NCBI RefSeq assembly: GCF_003334815.1
Contig: NZ_QOWO01000016.1
Source: Escherichia coli
Lineage (GTDB): Bacteria > Pseudomonadota > Gammaproteobacteria > Enterobacterales > Enterobacteriaceae
Length of the DNA stretch: 64,000 nt
Reading direction: 5' to 3' (one strand)
This document shows positions 20,297 through 29,032 of this stretch, in pieces (position 1 is the first letter of the stretch; every line of letters starts with the position of its first letter). Below the pieces are notes generated by a model that did not search any database, was not told where the DNA came from, and saw nothing but the letters and a program-made list of their open reading frames with translations. A program made the translations under genes and the position numbers.

Positions 20297-20923
20297 CTAG
20301 AGTTCGTATTGAACTCCTTTGACTACACCAATGATCAGGCAATTACCATTGATCGGGATGTTGGGATACCGGGGATTCAATGGTACTAAAAACTTTTGAT
20401 GACCATCGATGACTAATTTTTTTACTGTAGCTTCGTTCGTTCCATCAAGTCGAGCAATGACTATTTTTCCATGACGGGGTTCTGCATCAGGATCTACAAT
20501 CACTGTTGCACCTTCTGGTATTGTTGGGAGGCCATTAGGGTTAGTCATGGAGTCGCCTTTAACTTCTAATGCAAATGAGTTATCACCAATCTTTAAAGAT
20601 GTATCTACCCACTTGTCCACTTCACTAAACACTTCTGCTGCCCTGCACTCAGTAAACTGCCCAGCCTGAACCCACGAAATTACAGGAACTCTGCGCATGT
20701 TTGTGACGAGTTTGCCTTCAAACTCAGCACCATAAAGAATGTAATCTATTGACGTATTAAAGAACTTCGCTAATTTCGAAAGTGCTTCCCCGCCAGGGAC
20801 ATTGATGTCTTTTTCCCAGTACCCCACAGCAACGTCACTTACCCCACAAAATTTACCCAATTCTTTCTGGGACGTTCTGGTAACCCTTCTCAGAGCTTTT
20901 ATACGCTGACCAACCGTTTCCAT
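20297..20923 (-). CDS. cI: CI-like repressor (XRE HTH plus S24 LexA-type autopeptidase)
   Basis: 208 aa with HTH TSQKELGKFCGVSDVAVGYWE, an Ala-Gly site (VQAGQF), Ser (GDSM) and Lys (TVKKL). Confidence 0.9.
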   Translation of the reverse strand: METVGQRIKALRRVTRTSQKELGKFCGVSDVAVGYWEKDINVPGGEALSKLAKFFNTSIDYILYGAEFEGKLVTNMRRVPVISWVQAGQFTECRAAEVFSEVDKWVDTSLKIGDNSFALEVKGDSMTNPNGLPTIPEGATVIVDPDAEPRHGKIVIARLDGTNEATVKKLVIDGHQKFLVPLNPRYPNIPINGNCLIIGVVKGVQYEL

Positions 20924-20945
20924 AGGAGCACCATTTCTTGAATTG

Positions 20946-21008
20946 CTAAGTAATCTTAGTTTTTATTGACCTAAGATAGATTGATAATTAACATCTAATA
21001 AAACTTAG
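20946..21008. promoter_or_regulatory. OR region: three ~14-bp operators spaced 24-25 bp apart, plus putative PR
   Basis: ctaagtaatcttag (20946-59), ctaagatagattga (20971-84, weaker) and ctaataaaacttag (20995-21008). PR is TTGACC (20966-71), 17 nt, TAACAT (20989-94). Confidence 0.55.
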
Positions 21009-21021
21009 TTTTGGAGGGTGT

Positions 21022-21222
21022 ATGACAACTGACGATATCGAAAGCTACTTCGGCAGTATTGAGAAAGTTGCTGATTTTTTCGGCATAACAACTGAAGCCG
21101 TTTATCAGTGGCGAAACCGTCCGGGCCGGTTAATTCCAAAAGGACGTGCAGCAGAAGCTGCATATAGAACTTGCGGACGCTTGCCATTTAAACCTGAGCT
21201 TTATGAAAAATCTAATGGATAA
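21022..21222 (+). CDS. cro: Cro-like HTH regulator
   Basis: 66 aa, divergent from cI, SD ggaggg, HTH KVADFFGITTEAVYQW. Confidence 0.75.
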   Translation: MTTDDIESYFGSIEKVADFFGITTEAVYQWRNRPGRLIPKGRAAEAAYRTCGRLPFKPELYEKSNG

Positions 21223-21817
21223 ATCGATTAACAGAAACCACAGAACGATGAGGCTAACCGTGGGTAATCATCACTGGAAAATAGAAAAACAGCCTGTGTG
21301 GTACGTGAAAGCTGTCAGAAAAACTATCGCGGCGTTGCCGGGTGGTTACGCTGAAGCGGCTGACTGGCTCGATGTAACAGAAAACGCTTTATTCAACCGC
21401 CTTCGTGCAGATGGCGATCAGATTTTTCCGCTGGGATGGGCAATGGTTTTACAGCGTGCTGGTGGCACTCACTTCATTGCTGATGCTGTGGCGCAGTCTG
21501 CAAATGGCGTCTTTGTGTCTCTTCCTGACGTCGAGGATGTGGACAACGCCGATATTAACCAGCGTCTGCTGGAAGTCATTGAACAGATCGGCAGTTATTC
21601 AAAACAGATTCGTTCAGCAATCGAAGACGGTGTAGTGGAACCGCATGAGAAGACAGCAATTAACGACGAGCTGTATCTCTCAATTTCGAAGCTGCAGGAG
21701 CATGCAGCACTTGTCTACAAAATTTTTTGCATTTCAGAAAGTAATGACGCCCGCGAGTGTGCAGCTCCGGGCGTCGTGGCGTCGATTGCTTCTGGTTGTG
21801 GAGAAACTAACGCATGA
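21203..21817 (+). CDS. CII-like regulatory protein (putative)
   Basis: About 204 aa directly after cro. The assignment rests on position and loose resemblance to phage CII/CP76-type proteins. The start is uncertain (21203 or 21215). Confidence 0.4.
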   Translation: MKNLMDKSINRNHRTMRLTVGNHHWKIEKQPVWYVKAVRKTIAALPGGYAEAADWLDVTENALFNRLRADGDQIFPLGWAMVLQRAGGTHFIADAVAQSANGVFVSLPDVEDVDNADINQRLLEVIEQIGSYSKQIRSAIEDGVVEPHEKTAINDELYLSISKLQEHAALVYKIFCISESNDARECAAPGVVASIASGCGETNA

Positions 21818-22152
21818 ACAGTTTAACAACACACTACCGTCGCTCGCAACTGATTGCGCTTCCTGTACCGGGTGGAAAAGCGAAGGTGGAATATTGCTAT
21901 GCAGTGAATGTACCAGGTGACAGGGAAATTGTAACCCACAGCTTTGCAGAGTGGGCTGTGGGTGATTTCAACCGGCAGAAGGAGACAGTCCTTTGCGACA
22001 AGTTAACCGCTGGTTCAAAGATCACTACGGAGTGCCCGTCAGAGTCATTCGTTGGGAGCCGGAAACACAACGGGTTATCTACCTCCGCGAAGGTTATGAG
22101 CATGACTGCTTCAGTCCGCTCGAACAGTTTCGTCGTAAATTCAGGGAAATAG
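21814..22152 (+). CDS. Hypothetical protein; the 3' half is doubtful (see the alternative frame 21993-22172)
   Basis: 112-aa ORF. The second half is Ser-rich and unlike the first half. Confidence 0.35.
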   Translation: MNSLTTHYRRSQLIALPVPGGKAKVEYCYAVNVPGDREIVTHSFAEWAVGDFNRQKETVLCDKLTAGSKITTECPSESFVGSRKHNGLSTSAKVMSMTASVRSNSFVVNSGK

Positions 22153-22161
22153 AGGTCGGTC

Positions 22162-23103
22162 ATGAGCACTAAATTAACCGGCTATGTATGGGATGGTTGC
22201 GCAGCGTCAGGCATGAAATTATCCAGCGTGGCAATTATGGCCCGCCTGGCTGATTTCAGTAATGACGAAGGTGTGTGCTGGCCATCAATTGAAACCATTG
22301 CCCGTCAGATTGGCGCGGGGATGAGTACCGTCAGGACGGCTATCGCACGGCTGGAAGCAGAAGGCTGGTTAACGCGTAAGGCGCGTCGCCAGGGTAACCG
22401 CAATGCGTCGAATGTTTATCAGCTTAACGTTGCGAAGCTTCAGGCAGCGGCATTTTCTCAACTGTCAGATTCTGACCCGTCAAAATCTGACGCATCAAAA
22501 TCTGACCCGTCAAAATTTGATGCGTCGAAATCTGGCAAAAAAGCGGGTTTTCACCCGTCAGAATCTGGCGGGGATCCGTCAGTAAAATCAAAACATGATC
22601 CGTCAGATAAAAAAACTTCTCGTCCGGACGCTTCGCAACCGGACACGCAGAAGGCTGAACAGGATTTTTTAACTCGCCATCCTGATGCGGTTGTATTCAG
22701 CCCTAAAAAGCGCCAGTGGGGGACGCAGGATGATTTGACCTGCGCACAGTGGCTCTGGAAAAAAATCATCGCCCTGTACGAGCATGCCGCCGAATGTGAC
22801 GGCGAGGTGGTTCGTCCCAAAGAACCGAACTGGACAGCCTGGGCAAACGAAATTCGCCTGATGTGTGTGCAGGATGGTCGTACTCACAAACAAATCTGCG
22901 AGATGTACAGCCGCGTCAGCCGCGATCCGTTCTGGTGCCGTAACGTGCTCAGCCCGTCGAAGCTGCGGGAAAAATGGGATGAGCTTTCCCTGCGCTTATC
23001 GCCGTCCGTCAGCACGTACACAGAAAAACGCGAAGACCCGTACTTCAAAGCCAGTTACGACAATGTGGACTACAGCCAGATCCCGGCAGGATTCAGGGGG
23101 TGA
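22162..23103 (+). CDS. Replication initiator (O-like; N-terminal winged-helix, internal iterons)
   Basis: 313 aa with an N-terminal HTH (WPSIETIARQIGAGMSTVRTAIARLEAEGWL) and a repeat-encoded DPSKSDASKSDPSKFDASKS linker. Its position after cII is as in lambdoid phages. Confidence 0.7.
   Translation: MSTKLTGYVWDGCAASGMKLSSVAIMARLADFSNDEGVCWPSIETIARQIGAGMSTVRTAIARLEAEGWLTRKARRQGNRNASNVYQLNVAKLQAAAFSQLSDSDPSKSDASKSDPSKFDASKSGKKAGFHPSESGGDPSVKSKHDPSDKKTSRPDASQPDTQKAEQDFLTRHPDAVVFSPKKRQWGTQDDLTCAQWLWKKIIALYEHAAECDGEVVRPKEPNWTAWANEIRLMCVQDGRTHKQICEMYSRVSRDPFWCRNVLSPSKLREKWDELSLRLSPSVSTYTEKREDPYFKASYDNVDYSQIPAGFRG
22462..22612. repeat. Iteron array (putative ori) inside the initiator gene
   Basis: About seven copies of ccgtca(a/g)aatctg(a/g)c-like units, for example cccgtcaaaatctgac, gcatcaaaatctgac, ccgtcaaaatttgat, gcgtcgaaatctggc, cccgtcagaatctggc. 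Confidence 0.65.
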
Positions 23104-23594
23104 GCATGAGTCTTTTGAATGACGTTCAGAAATTCATTGAAGCCCATCCGGGCTGTACTTCCGGAGACATTGCGGATTCTTTTGCAGGTTACTCACGGCA
23201 GCGCGTTCTGCAGTCAGCAAGCAAGTTACGTCAGAGTGGGCGTGTGGCTCACCGTTGTGAAGGAGATACACGCAGACATTTCCCGCGCCTGACTGAGAGA
23301 GCGCAGGATCCGGAACCACAACCAGTTCGTGAAACCAGACCTGTGCGCAATTTCTATGTCGGCACTAACGACCCGCGGGTGATTTTGTGCCTGACCCGCC
23401 AGGCGGAAGAACTGGAGTCCAGGGGCTTATACCGTCGTGCTGCAACGGTGTGGATGGCGGCATTCCGTGAAAGCCACTCCCAGCCAGAACGAAACAATTT
23501 TCTGGCGCGTCGTGAGCAGTGCTTACAGAAAAGCAGCAAGCGCGCTGCATCGGGTGAAGAGTGGTATCTGTCAGGGAATTACGTGGGGGCTTAA
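23100..23594 (+). CDS. YfdN-like protein (winged-helix N-terminus), possible replication accessory
   Basis: 164 aa, translationally coupled to the initiator gene. Confidence 0.4.
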   Translation: MSMSLLNDVQKFIEAHPGCTSGDIADSFAGYSRQRVLQSASKLRQSGRVAHRCEGDTRRHFPRLTERAQDPEPQPVRETRPVRNFYVGTNDPRVILCLTRQAEELESRGLYRRAATVWMAAFRESHSQPERNNFLARREQCLQKSSKRAASGEEWYLSGNYVGA

Positions 23595-24247
23595 TGAGTA
23601 ATAAATATTGCCGGGCGCTGGTGGAACTGCGGAACAAACCAGCCCATGAACTGAAGGAAGTGGGCGATCAGTGGCGCACGCCGGATAACATTTTCTGGGG
23701 AATTAACACCCTGTTTGGTCCGTTTGTTCTGGATCTGTTCACTGACGGTGATAACGCCAAATGTGCCGCGTATTACACGGCGGAAGACAACGCGCTGGCG
23801 CATGACTGGTCAGAACGTCTTGCGGAGCTTAAAGGTGCTGCCTTTGGTAATCCCCCATACAGCCGCGCCAGTCAGCATGAGGGGCAATACATCACCGGCA
23901 TGCGTTACATCATGAAGCATGCCAGTGCCATGCGTGATAAAGGCGGGCGCTATGTTTTCCTGATCAAAGCTGCCACCAGCGAAGTGTGGTGGCCGGAAGA
24001 CGCAGACCATATTGCTTTTATTCGCGGGCGTATTGGTTTTGAACTGCCTGCCTGGTTTATCCCGAAGGATGAGAAGCAGGTGCCGACAGGCGCTTTCTTC
24101 GCTGGTGCTATTGCTGTTTTCGACAAGACCTGGAAGGGACCGGCAATCAGCTACATCGGGCGCGATGAACTTGAGGCATGTGGTGAGGCGTTTCTGGCGC
24201 AGGTTCGCCAGCAGGCGGAAAAACTGGTCAGGGAGATGGCGGCATGA
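23594..24247 (+). CDS. Phage DNA N6-adenine methyltransferase (Dam-like)
   Basis: 217 aa with the catalytic motif FGNPPYS. The TAATG overlap with the upstream gene marks the start. Confidence 0.8.
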   Translation: MSNKYCRALVELRNKPAHELKEVGDQWRTPDNIFWGINTLFGPFVLDLFTDGDNAKCAAYYTAEDNALAHDWSERLAELKGAAFGNPPYSRASQHEGQYITGMRYIMKHASAMRDKGGRYVFLIKAATSEVWWPEDADHIAFIRGRIGFELPAWFIPKDEKQVPTGAFFAGAIAVFDKTWKGPAISYIGRDELEACGEAFLAQVRQQAEKLVREMAA

Positions 24248-24570
24248 CGACGTTAACTCAATGCCAGCAGCAGGTGCTGGATATGCTGATTTCTTACCAG
24301 CAAGAACGTGGCTTCCCGCCAACCAATCAGGAGGTGGCAACCATGCTGGGATACCGTTCAGTGAATGCAGCAGTGGAGCATCTTCGCGCACTGGAGAAAA
24401 AAGGCGTCATCACGATAAAGCGTGGCGTGGCCCGGGGCATCACGCTTCATACCGCGGTGAAGGACGACGACAGCGAGGCGGTCGGGATTATCCGCTCACT
24501 GCTTGCCGGTGAGGAAAACGCCAGGCTGCGTGCAGCCCACTGGTTACATGAGAGGGGCCTGAAAGTATGA
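24244..24570 (+). CDS. LexA DNA-binding-domain-only protein
   Basis: 108 aa. QQVLDMLISYQQERGFPPTNQEVATMLGYRSVNAAVEHLRALEKKGVITIKRGVARGI matches the LexA N-terminal winged helix. There is no S24 domain. Confidence 0.75.
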   Translation: MTTLTQCQQQVLDMLISYQQERGFPPTNQEVATMLGYRSVNAAVEHLRALEKKGVITIKRGVARGITLHTAVKDDDSEAVGIIRSLLAGEENARLRAAHWLHERGLKV

Positions 24571-24956
24571 AGCTGATTCTGCCGTTTCCGCCCAGCGTGA
24601 ACACGCACTGGCGACACCCCAACAAAGGGGCGTTTGCTGGTAAGAGCCTGATAAGCACGGCGGGACGAAAATTCCAGAGCGCGGCGTGTGCCGCCATCAT
24701 TGAGCAGTTACGTCGTCTGCCGAAACCAACGTCGGCACCTGCTTCAGTGGAGATCGTGTTGTTTCCTCCGGATAACCGGATCCGCGATCTGGACAACTAT
24801 AACAAGGCGCTGTTTGACGCCCTGACCCACGCGGGTGTGTGGGAAGACGACAGTCAGGTGAAAAGAATGCTGGTTGAGTGGGGATCGGTTATCCCGGGAG
24901 GGAAGGTCGAGATCACTATCAGTAAGTACGAGAAAACGGCGGGTGCAGCCGCCTGA
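24567..24956 (+). CDS. rusA: RusA-family Holliday junction resolvase
   Basis: 129 aa with MKLILPFPPSVNTHWR...DLDNYNKALFDALTHAGVWEDDSQV. Confidence 0.9.
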   Translation: MKLILPFPPSVNTHWRHPNKGAFAGKSLISTAGRKFQSAACAAIIEQLRRLPKPTSAPASVEIVLFPPDNRIRDLDNYNKALFDALTHAGVWEDDSQVKRMLVEWGSVIPGGKVEITISKYEKTAGAAA

Positions 24957-24975
24957 TTAAGAGGAGAAACGAAGT

Positions 24976-25785
24976 ATGAATAATCTGATGGTCATTGATG
25001 GTATTGAAGTTCGTCGTGATGCTTATGGGCGTTACAGCCTGAACGATCTGCACAGGGCAGCCGGGGGAGAACAAAAAAACCGCCCGAAATACTGGCTCTC
25101 CAATAAGCAAACCTGTGAATTGATTGAACAACTTTTCACCGAGGGTGGAATTCCGCCTCTGGAACAAAATCAACCAGTTAGCGTCATTAATGGCGGAAAT
25201 AACCAGGGGACGTATGTCTGCAAAGAACTGGTGTATGCCTATGCAATGTGGATCAGCCCGTCATTCCATCTGAAGGTGATCCGTACTTTCGATATGGTAA
25301 CCAGCGCACCGGAAAAATTATCCGGGCAGGCTGCTGACAAGATGCAGGCTGGAGTGATTCTGCTGGACTTTATGCGCAGGGAGTTAAACCTGTCTAACTC
25401 TTCAGTGCTTGGGGCCTGTCAGAAACTCCAGGAGGCTGTTGGCTTACCGAATCTGGCACCGCGCTATGCCATTGATGCTCCTGCTGACGCGCCTGATGGC
25501 TCAAGCCGCCCCACGCTGTCACTGAGTGCACTGCTGAAGCAGTATGGTATCCGCCTGACAGCTAATCAGGCATATCACCAGATGGTGAAGCTGGGGATCG
25601 TCGAGCAGCGCGAACGATACAGCCGTACCGCGATTAACAACATCAAAAAATTCTGGTCACTGACAGCGAAAGGCTGCATGTTCGGCAAGAACATCACCAG
25701 TCCCGCAAATCCGCGCGAGACGCAGCCGCATTTCTTCGAATCCCGATTCCCTGAGCTGTTAAAGCTGCTCGATACCGTTCATTGA
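24976..25785 (+). CDS. KilA-N domain protein
   Basis: 269 aa. The N-terminus GIEVRRDAYGRYSLNDLHRAAG....PKYWL is typical of KilA-N. Confidence 0.65.
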   Translation: MNNLMVIDGIEVRRDAYGRYSLNDLHRAAGGEQKNRPKYWLSNKQTCELIEQLFTEGGIPPLEQNQPVSVINGGNNQGTYVCKELVYAYAMWISPSFHLKVIRTFDMVTSAPEKLSGQAADKMQAGVILLDFMRRELNLSNSSVLGACQKLQEAVGLPNLAPRYAIDAPADAPDGSSRPTLSLSALLKQYGIRLTANQAYHQMVKLGIVEQRERYSRTAINNIKKFWSLTAKGCMFGKNITSPANPRETQPHFFESRFPELLKLLDTVH

Positions 25786-25786
25786 G

Positions 25787-26782
25787 GTGACCGTGAGAGC
25801 ACTACTGACCCCTGAAATTGCCCCGCGTATGGGGATCGTATTGTTCAGACCAGGTTCAGAGCTGATGCCCTTGTTTATGCAGGGGCGTGTCTTGCTGGAG
25901 CCTGAGCCGGAATGTTATTCATCTTTCGCCAGTGGTGCCGTTCCGGCGGCATCACAACCGCTGGCGGATGATCCTGCCGTTCGGGCCGTGTTCCGCAATG
26001 AGGCAGTGATCCGTCGTGCTGGTGGCGTGGAATGTCTTGAAAGCTGGTTACTTCGTGAAAAAGGCTGCCAGTGGCCTCATTCCGACTGGCACAGCGAGAA
26101 CATGACAACAATGCGACACGCTCCGGGCGCAATCCGTCTGTGCTGGCACTGCGATAACCAGCTGCGCGATCAGTTCACGGAACGGCTGGAATCAATGGCA
26201 ACGGATAACTGTGCCCGCTGGGTGTTGTCTGTTGTGCGTCGGGATCTCGGTTTTGATGACAGTCATGTTGTGACAATGCCGGAACTGTGCTGGTGGCTGA
26301 TTCGTAATGATCTGGCGGATGCCTTACCGGAAAGTGCAGCCCGTAAGGCACTGAGATTACCGAAGCCTGTTGTGCCGTCTGTTACCCGGGAAAGTGACCT
26401 TGTGCCTTCGGTTCCTGCCACCAGCATCATCCAGGATAAAGCGAAAAAGGTGCTGGCGCTGAAAGTGGATCCGGAGTCGCCGGAGTCTTTTATGTTACGT
26501 CCCAAACGTCGCCGCTGGGTTAACGAAAAGTACACGCGATGGGTTAAGACGCAGCCGTGCGCATGTTGTGGAAAACCTGCTGATGATCCCCACCACCTGA
26601 TAGGTCACGGTCAGGGTGGAATGGCTACAAAAGCGCATGACCTCTTTGTGTTGCCTTTGTGCAGAAAGCATCACGACGAGCTGCATGCGGATACCGTGGC
26701 ATTTGAAGATAAGTATGGCTCCCAGCTGGAGCTGATATTTCGTTTTATCGATCGTGCGCTGGCAATAGGCGTACTGGCGTAA
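25787..26782 (+). CDS. DUF968 protein (YdfU-like)
   Basis: 331 aa with a GTG start. The C-terminus CACCGKPADDPHHLIGHG...LPLCRKHHDELH is an HNH-like Zn motif of DUF968. Confidence 0.7.
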   Translation: MTVRALLTPEIAPRMGIVLFRPGSELMPLFMQGRVLLEPEPECYSSFASGAVPAASQPLADDPAVRAVFRNEAVIRRAGGVECLESWLLREKGCQWPHSDWHSENMTTMRHAPGAIRLCWHCDNQLRDQFTERLESMATDNCARWVLSVVRRDLGFDDSHVVTMPELCWWLIRNDLADALPESAARKALRLPKPVVPSVTRESDLVPSVPATSIIQDKAKKVLALKVDPESPESFMLRPKRRRWVNEKYTRWVKTQPCACCGKPADDPHHLIGHGQGGMATKAHDLFVLPLCRKHHDELHADTVAFEDKYGSQLELIFRFIDRALAIGVLA

Positions 26783-26795
26783 GTGGAGAACGAGC

Positions 26796-27548
26796 ATGAA
26801 CCTTGAAGCTTTACCAAAATATTACTCCCCAAAATCTCCAAAATTGAGTGATGACGCACCGGCGACAGGCTCGGGTGGTTTAACAATTACAGATGTGATG
26901 GCTGCGCAGGGGATGGTGCAGTCGAAAGCACCGCTTGGGTTTGCCTTATTCCTGGCAAAAGTTGGTGTTCAGGATCCTCAGTTTGCGATTGAAGGTCTGC
27001 TCAATTACGCGATGGCACTGGATAACCAGACATTGAACAAATTGAGTGAAGAAACCCGGCTACAGATCATTCCTTACCTTGTGAATTTTGCCTTTGCTGA
27101 TTATTCCAGGTCTGCGGCAAGTAAGGCTCGCTGTGAGCGTTGTTCTGGTACTGGATTTCATAATGTATTGCGCGAAGTGGTGAAACACTCCAGAAGCGGG
27201 GAGTCTGTTATCAAGGAAGAGTGGGTGAAGGAACTATGTCAGCATTGTCATGGTAAGGGAGAAGTCAGCACAGCGTGCAGAGGGTGTAAGGGTAAAGGTA
27301 TTGTCCTGGATGAAAAAAGAACCCGGCTTCATGGCACGCCTGTTTATAAGATTTGTGGGCGTTGCAATGGAAACCGGTTTAGCCGTTTACCAACCACACT
27401 GGCGCGGAATCATGTCCAGAAGCTGGTACCGGACCTGACTGATTATCAGTGGTACAAAGGATATGCAAATGTCATTGATAAACTGGTTACAAAGTGCTGG
27501 CAGGAGGAATCTTACGCTGAAGCACAATTGAGAAAGGTGACGAGATAA
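26796..27548 (+). CDS. Late antiterminator Q (QuuQ-like, four CxxCxGxG motifs)
   Basis: 250 aa, near-identical by memory to Qin QuuQ (MNLE.LPKYYSPKSPKLSDDAPATG...). It lies immediately upstream of the putative PR'/tR' and the lysis genes. Confidence 0.8.
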   Translation: MNLEALPKYYSPKSPKLSDDAPATGSGGLTITDVMAAQGMVQSKAPLGFALFLAKVGVQDPQFAIEGLLNYAMALDNQTLNKLSEETRLQIIPYLVNFAFADYSRSAASKARCERCSGTGFHNVLREVVKHSRSGESVIKEEWVKELCQHCHGKGEVSTACRGCKGKGIVLDEKRTRLHGTPVYKICGRCNGNRFSRLPTTLARNHVQKLVPDLTDYQWYKGYANVIDKLVTKCWQEESYAEAQLRKVTR

Positions 27549-27579
27549 GTAATTTTCGCCGAAGATGGCGACATGATGC

Positions 27580-27608
27580 TTGCATTTTTCAAAAAATATG
27601 GTTAGGAT
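27580..27608 (+). promoter_or_regulatory. Putative late promoter PR'
   Basis: TTGCAT, 17 nt, TAGGAT, followed by the hairpin gttagg-atttc-cctaac. Confidence 0.35.
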
Positions 27609-27654
27609 TTCCCTAACGATGGGCTTTGTGTGTCTACCGTTGATAATCTTCAAG

Positions 27655-27678
27655 AAACCGCCACCGAGCGGTTTTTTA
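27655..27678 (+). terminator. tR'-like rho-independent terminator
   Basis: aaaccgc-caccga-gcggttt followed by tttta. Confidence 0.7.
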
Positions 27679-27836
27679 TTGATGTCAATTGTGTTTTTAA
27701 GGCTCTCCTTCCTTAAAGTGTGTTGTACAAAAAACTGGCAGCCAGCTACGCTCATTTTGAAAAAGTGACACCCTTCAATGTTTCTTTTGAATGGAATTGC
27801 TACCCATAAATCTCTATCAAAAACAGGAGAGCATAT

Positions 27837-28079
27837 ATGGTGGAGCGTTGTTCTGTTTGTGAGCAGTCATTAAGTTATTCACGAGAAGTTGAACAAGATG
27901 GCGTTGAATATAAATCTTGCCCAAAATGTTCTGCTGATGCCGGAGTGCACGTTTTTTATAAAACAATAGACTTTGGTTATAGGGATATGGGAGACGGCAG
28001 GCATATCGTTCAGTCATGGTGTCCGGCTTGCCGTTCTGGTGAAAAACCTTCTATACCACCAGCATTTAAATGTTGTTAA
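27837..28079 (+). CDS. Cys-rich zinc-ribbon protein (moron between Q/tR' and the holin)
   Basis: 80 aa with SD aggaga and CxxC motifs (CSVC, CPKC, CPAC). It has its own terminator downstream. Confidence 0.6.
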   Translation: MVERCSVCEQSLSYSREVEQDGVEYKSCPKCSADAGVHVFYKTIDFGYRDMGDGRHIVQSWCPACRSGEKPSIPPAFKCC

Positions 28080-28098
28080 CTCAATGAATTATAAAAAG

Positions 28099-28124
28099 AG
28101 GCTGCCTGTGGGCGGCCTTTTTTG
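28099..28124 (+). terminator. Rho-independent terminator
   Basis: aggctgcc-tgtg-ggcggcct followed by ttttt. Confidence 0.75.
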
Positions 28125-28210
28125 TGCACTACGCATCTTTTGCGACTCAGCGCTATAACCAGCTTCTTTCCCTTCACTCGTTGCACTTCCGATAACCGGA
28201 GGTGGGAATT

Positions 28211-28552
28211 ATGAAAATGCATAACGATCCTCATTCCTGGTCTGACTTACTTGAATTGTTACAGAGCTGGTGGCGTGGAGACACACCGCTGGGCGCAGTA
28301 ATTATGTCGATCGTTATGGCTGGCTTGCGCATTGCCTATTTTGGCGGTGGTGGTGGCTGGAAGCGAAAAACGCTCGAGATTTTGCTCTGCGGCGCTCTGA
28401 CGCTGACTTTTGCATCCGCTCTTGAGTATGTCGGATGGCCTAAATCGCTTTCTGTTGCCATTGGTGGTGGCGTTGGGTTGATCGGTGTCGATGCTATTCG
28501 TGGGGCTGCAATGAGAGTAATCGGTAACAAGTTTGGTGGCTCTAAGGAGTAA
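28211..28552 (+). CDS. Holin, lambda S-like class I with an MKM dual-start motif
   Basis: 113 aa beginning MKMHND.. with hydrophobic helices and a charged C-terminus. SD ggagg. It lies immediately upstream of the endolysin. Confidence 0.8.
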   Translation: MKMHNDPHSWSDLLELLQSWWRGDTPLGAVIMSIVMAGLRIAYFGGGGGWKRKTLEILLCGALTLTFASALEYVGWPKSLSVAIGGGVGLIGVDAIRGAAMRVIGNKFGGSKE

Positions 28553-28555
28553 TTT

Positions 28556-29032
28556 ATGCAGGTACTAAATTCCCAGCGTAAAGCTTTCCTGGATATGGTG
28601 GCATGGTCAGAAGGAACGGATAACGGGCGACAACCGACACGTAACCACGGTTATGACGTTATTGTCGGTGGCGAACTCTTCACTGATTACTCCGATCACC
28701 CTCGCAAACTTGTCACGCTAAACCCGAAACTCAAATCAACAGCTGCAGGCCGTTATCAACTTCTTTCACGTTGGTGGGATGCTTACCGTAAGCAGCTTGG
28801 CCTGAAAGACTTCTCTCCCAAAAGTCAGGACGCTGTGGCATTGCAGCAGATTAAAGAGCGTGGCGCTTTGCCGATGATTGACCGCGGTGATATTCGTCAG
28901 GCAATCGACCGTTGCAGCAATATCTGGGCTTCACTGCCGGGCGCTGGTTATGGTCAGTTCGAGCATAAGGCTGACAACCTTATTGCAAAATTCAAAGAAG
29001 CTGGCGGAACGATCAGAGAGATTGAGGTATGA
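28556..29032 (+). CDS. Endolysin, lambda R-type lytic transglycosylase
   Basis: 158 aa, near-identical to lambda R as I recall it ([35 protein letters not shown]...). Confidence 0.95.
   Translation: MQVLNSQRKAFLDMVAWSEGTDNGRQPTRNHGYDVIVGGELFTDYSDHPRKLVTLNPKLKSTAAGRYQLLSRWWDAYRKQLGLKDFSPKSQDAVALQQIKERGALPMIDRGDIRQAIDRCSNIWASLPGAGYGQFEHKADNLIAKFKEAGGTIREIEV

Noticed and set aside
22403-22585. A 60-aa ORF with the repetitive LTRQNLTHQNLTRQNL.
   Set aside because: It is an alternative-frame artefact of the iteron repeats inside the replication initiator gene.
27387-27768. ORFs of 122 aa (minus strand) and 62 aa (plus strand) in the Q-to-lysis intergenic region.
   Set aside because: They span the putative PR' promoter and tR' terminator, lack an SD, and have low-complexity translations.
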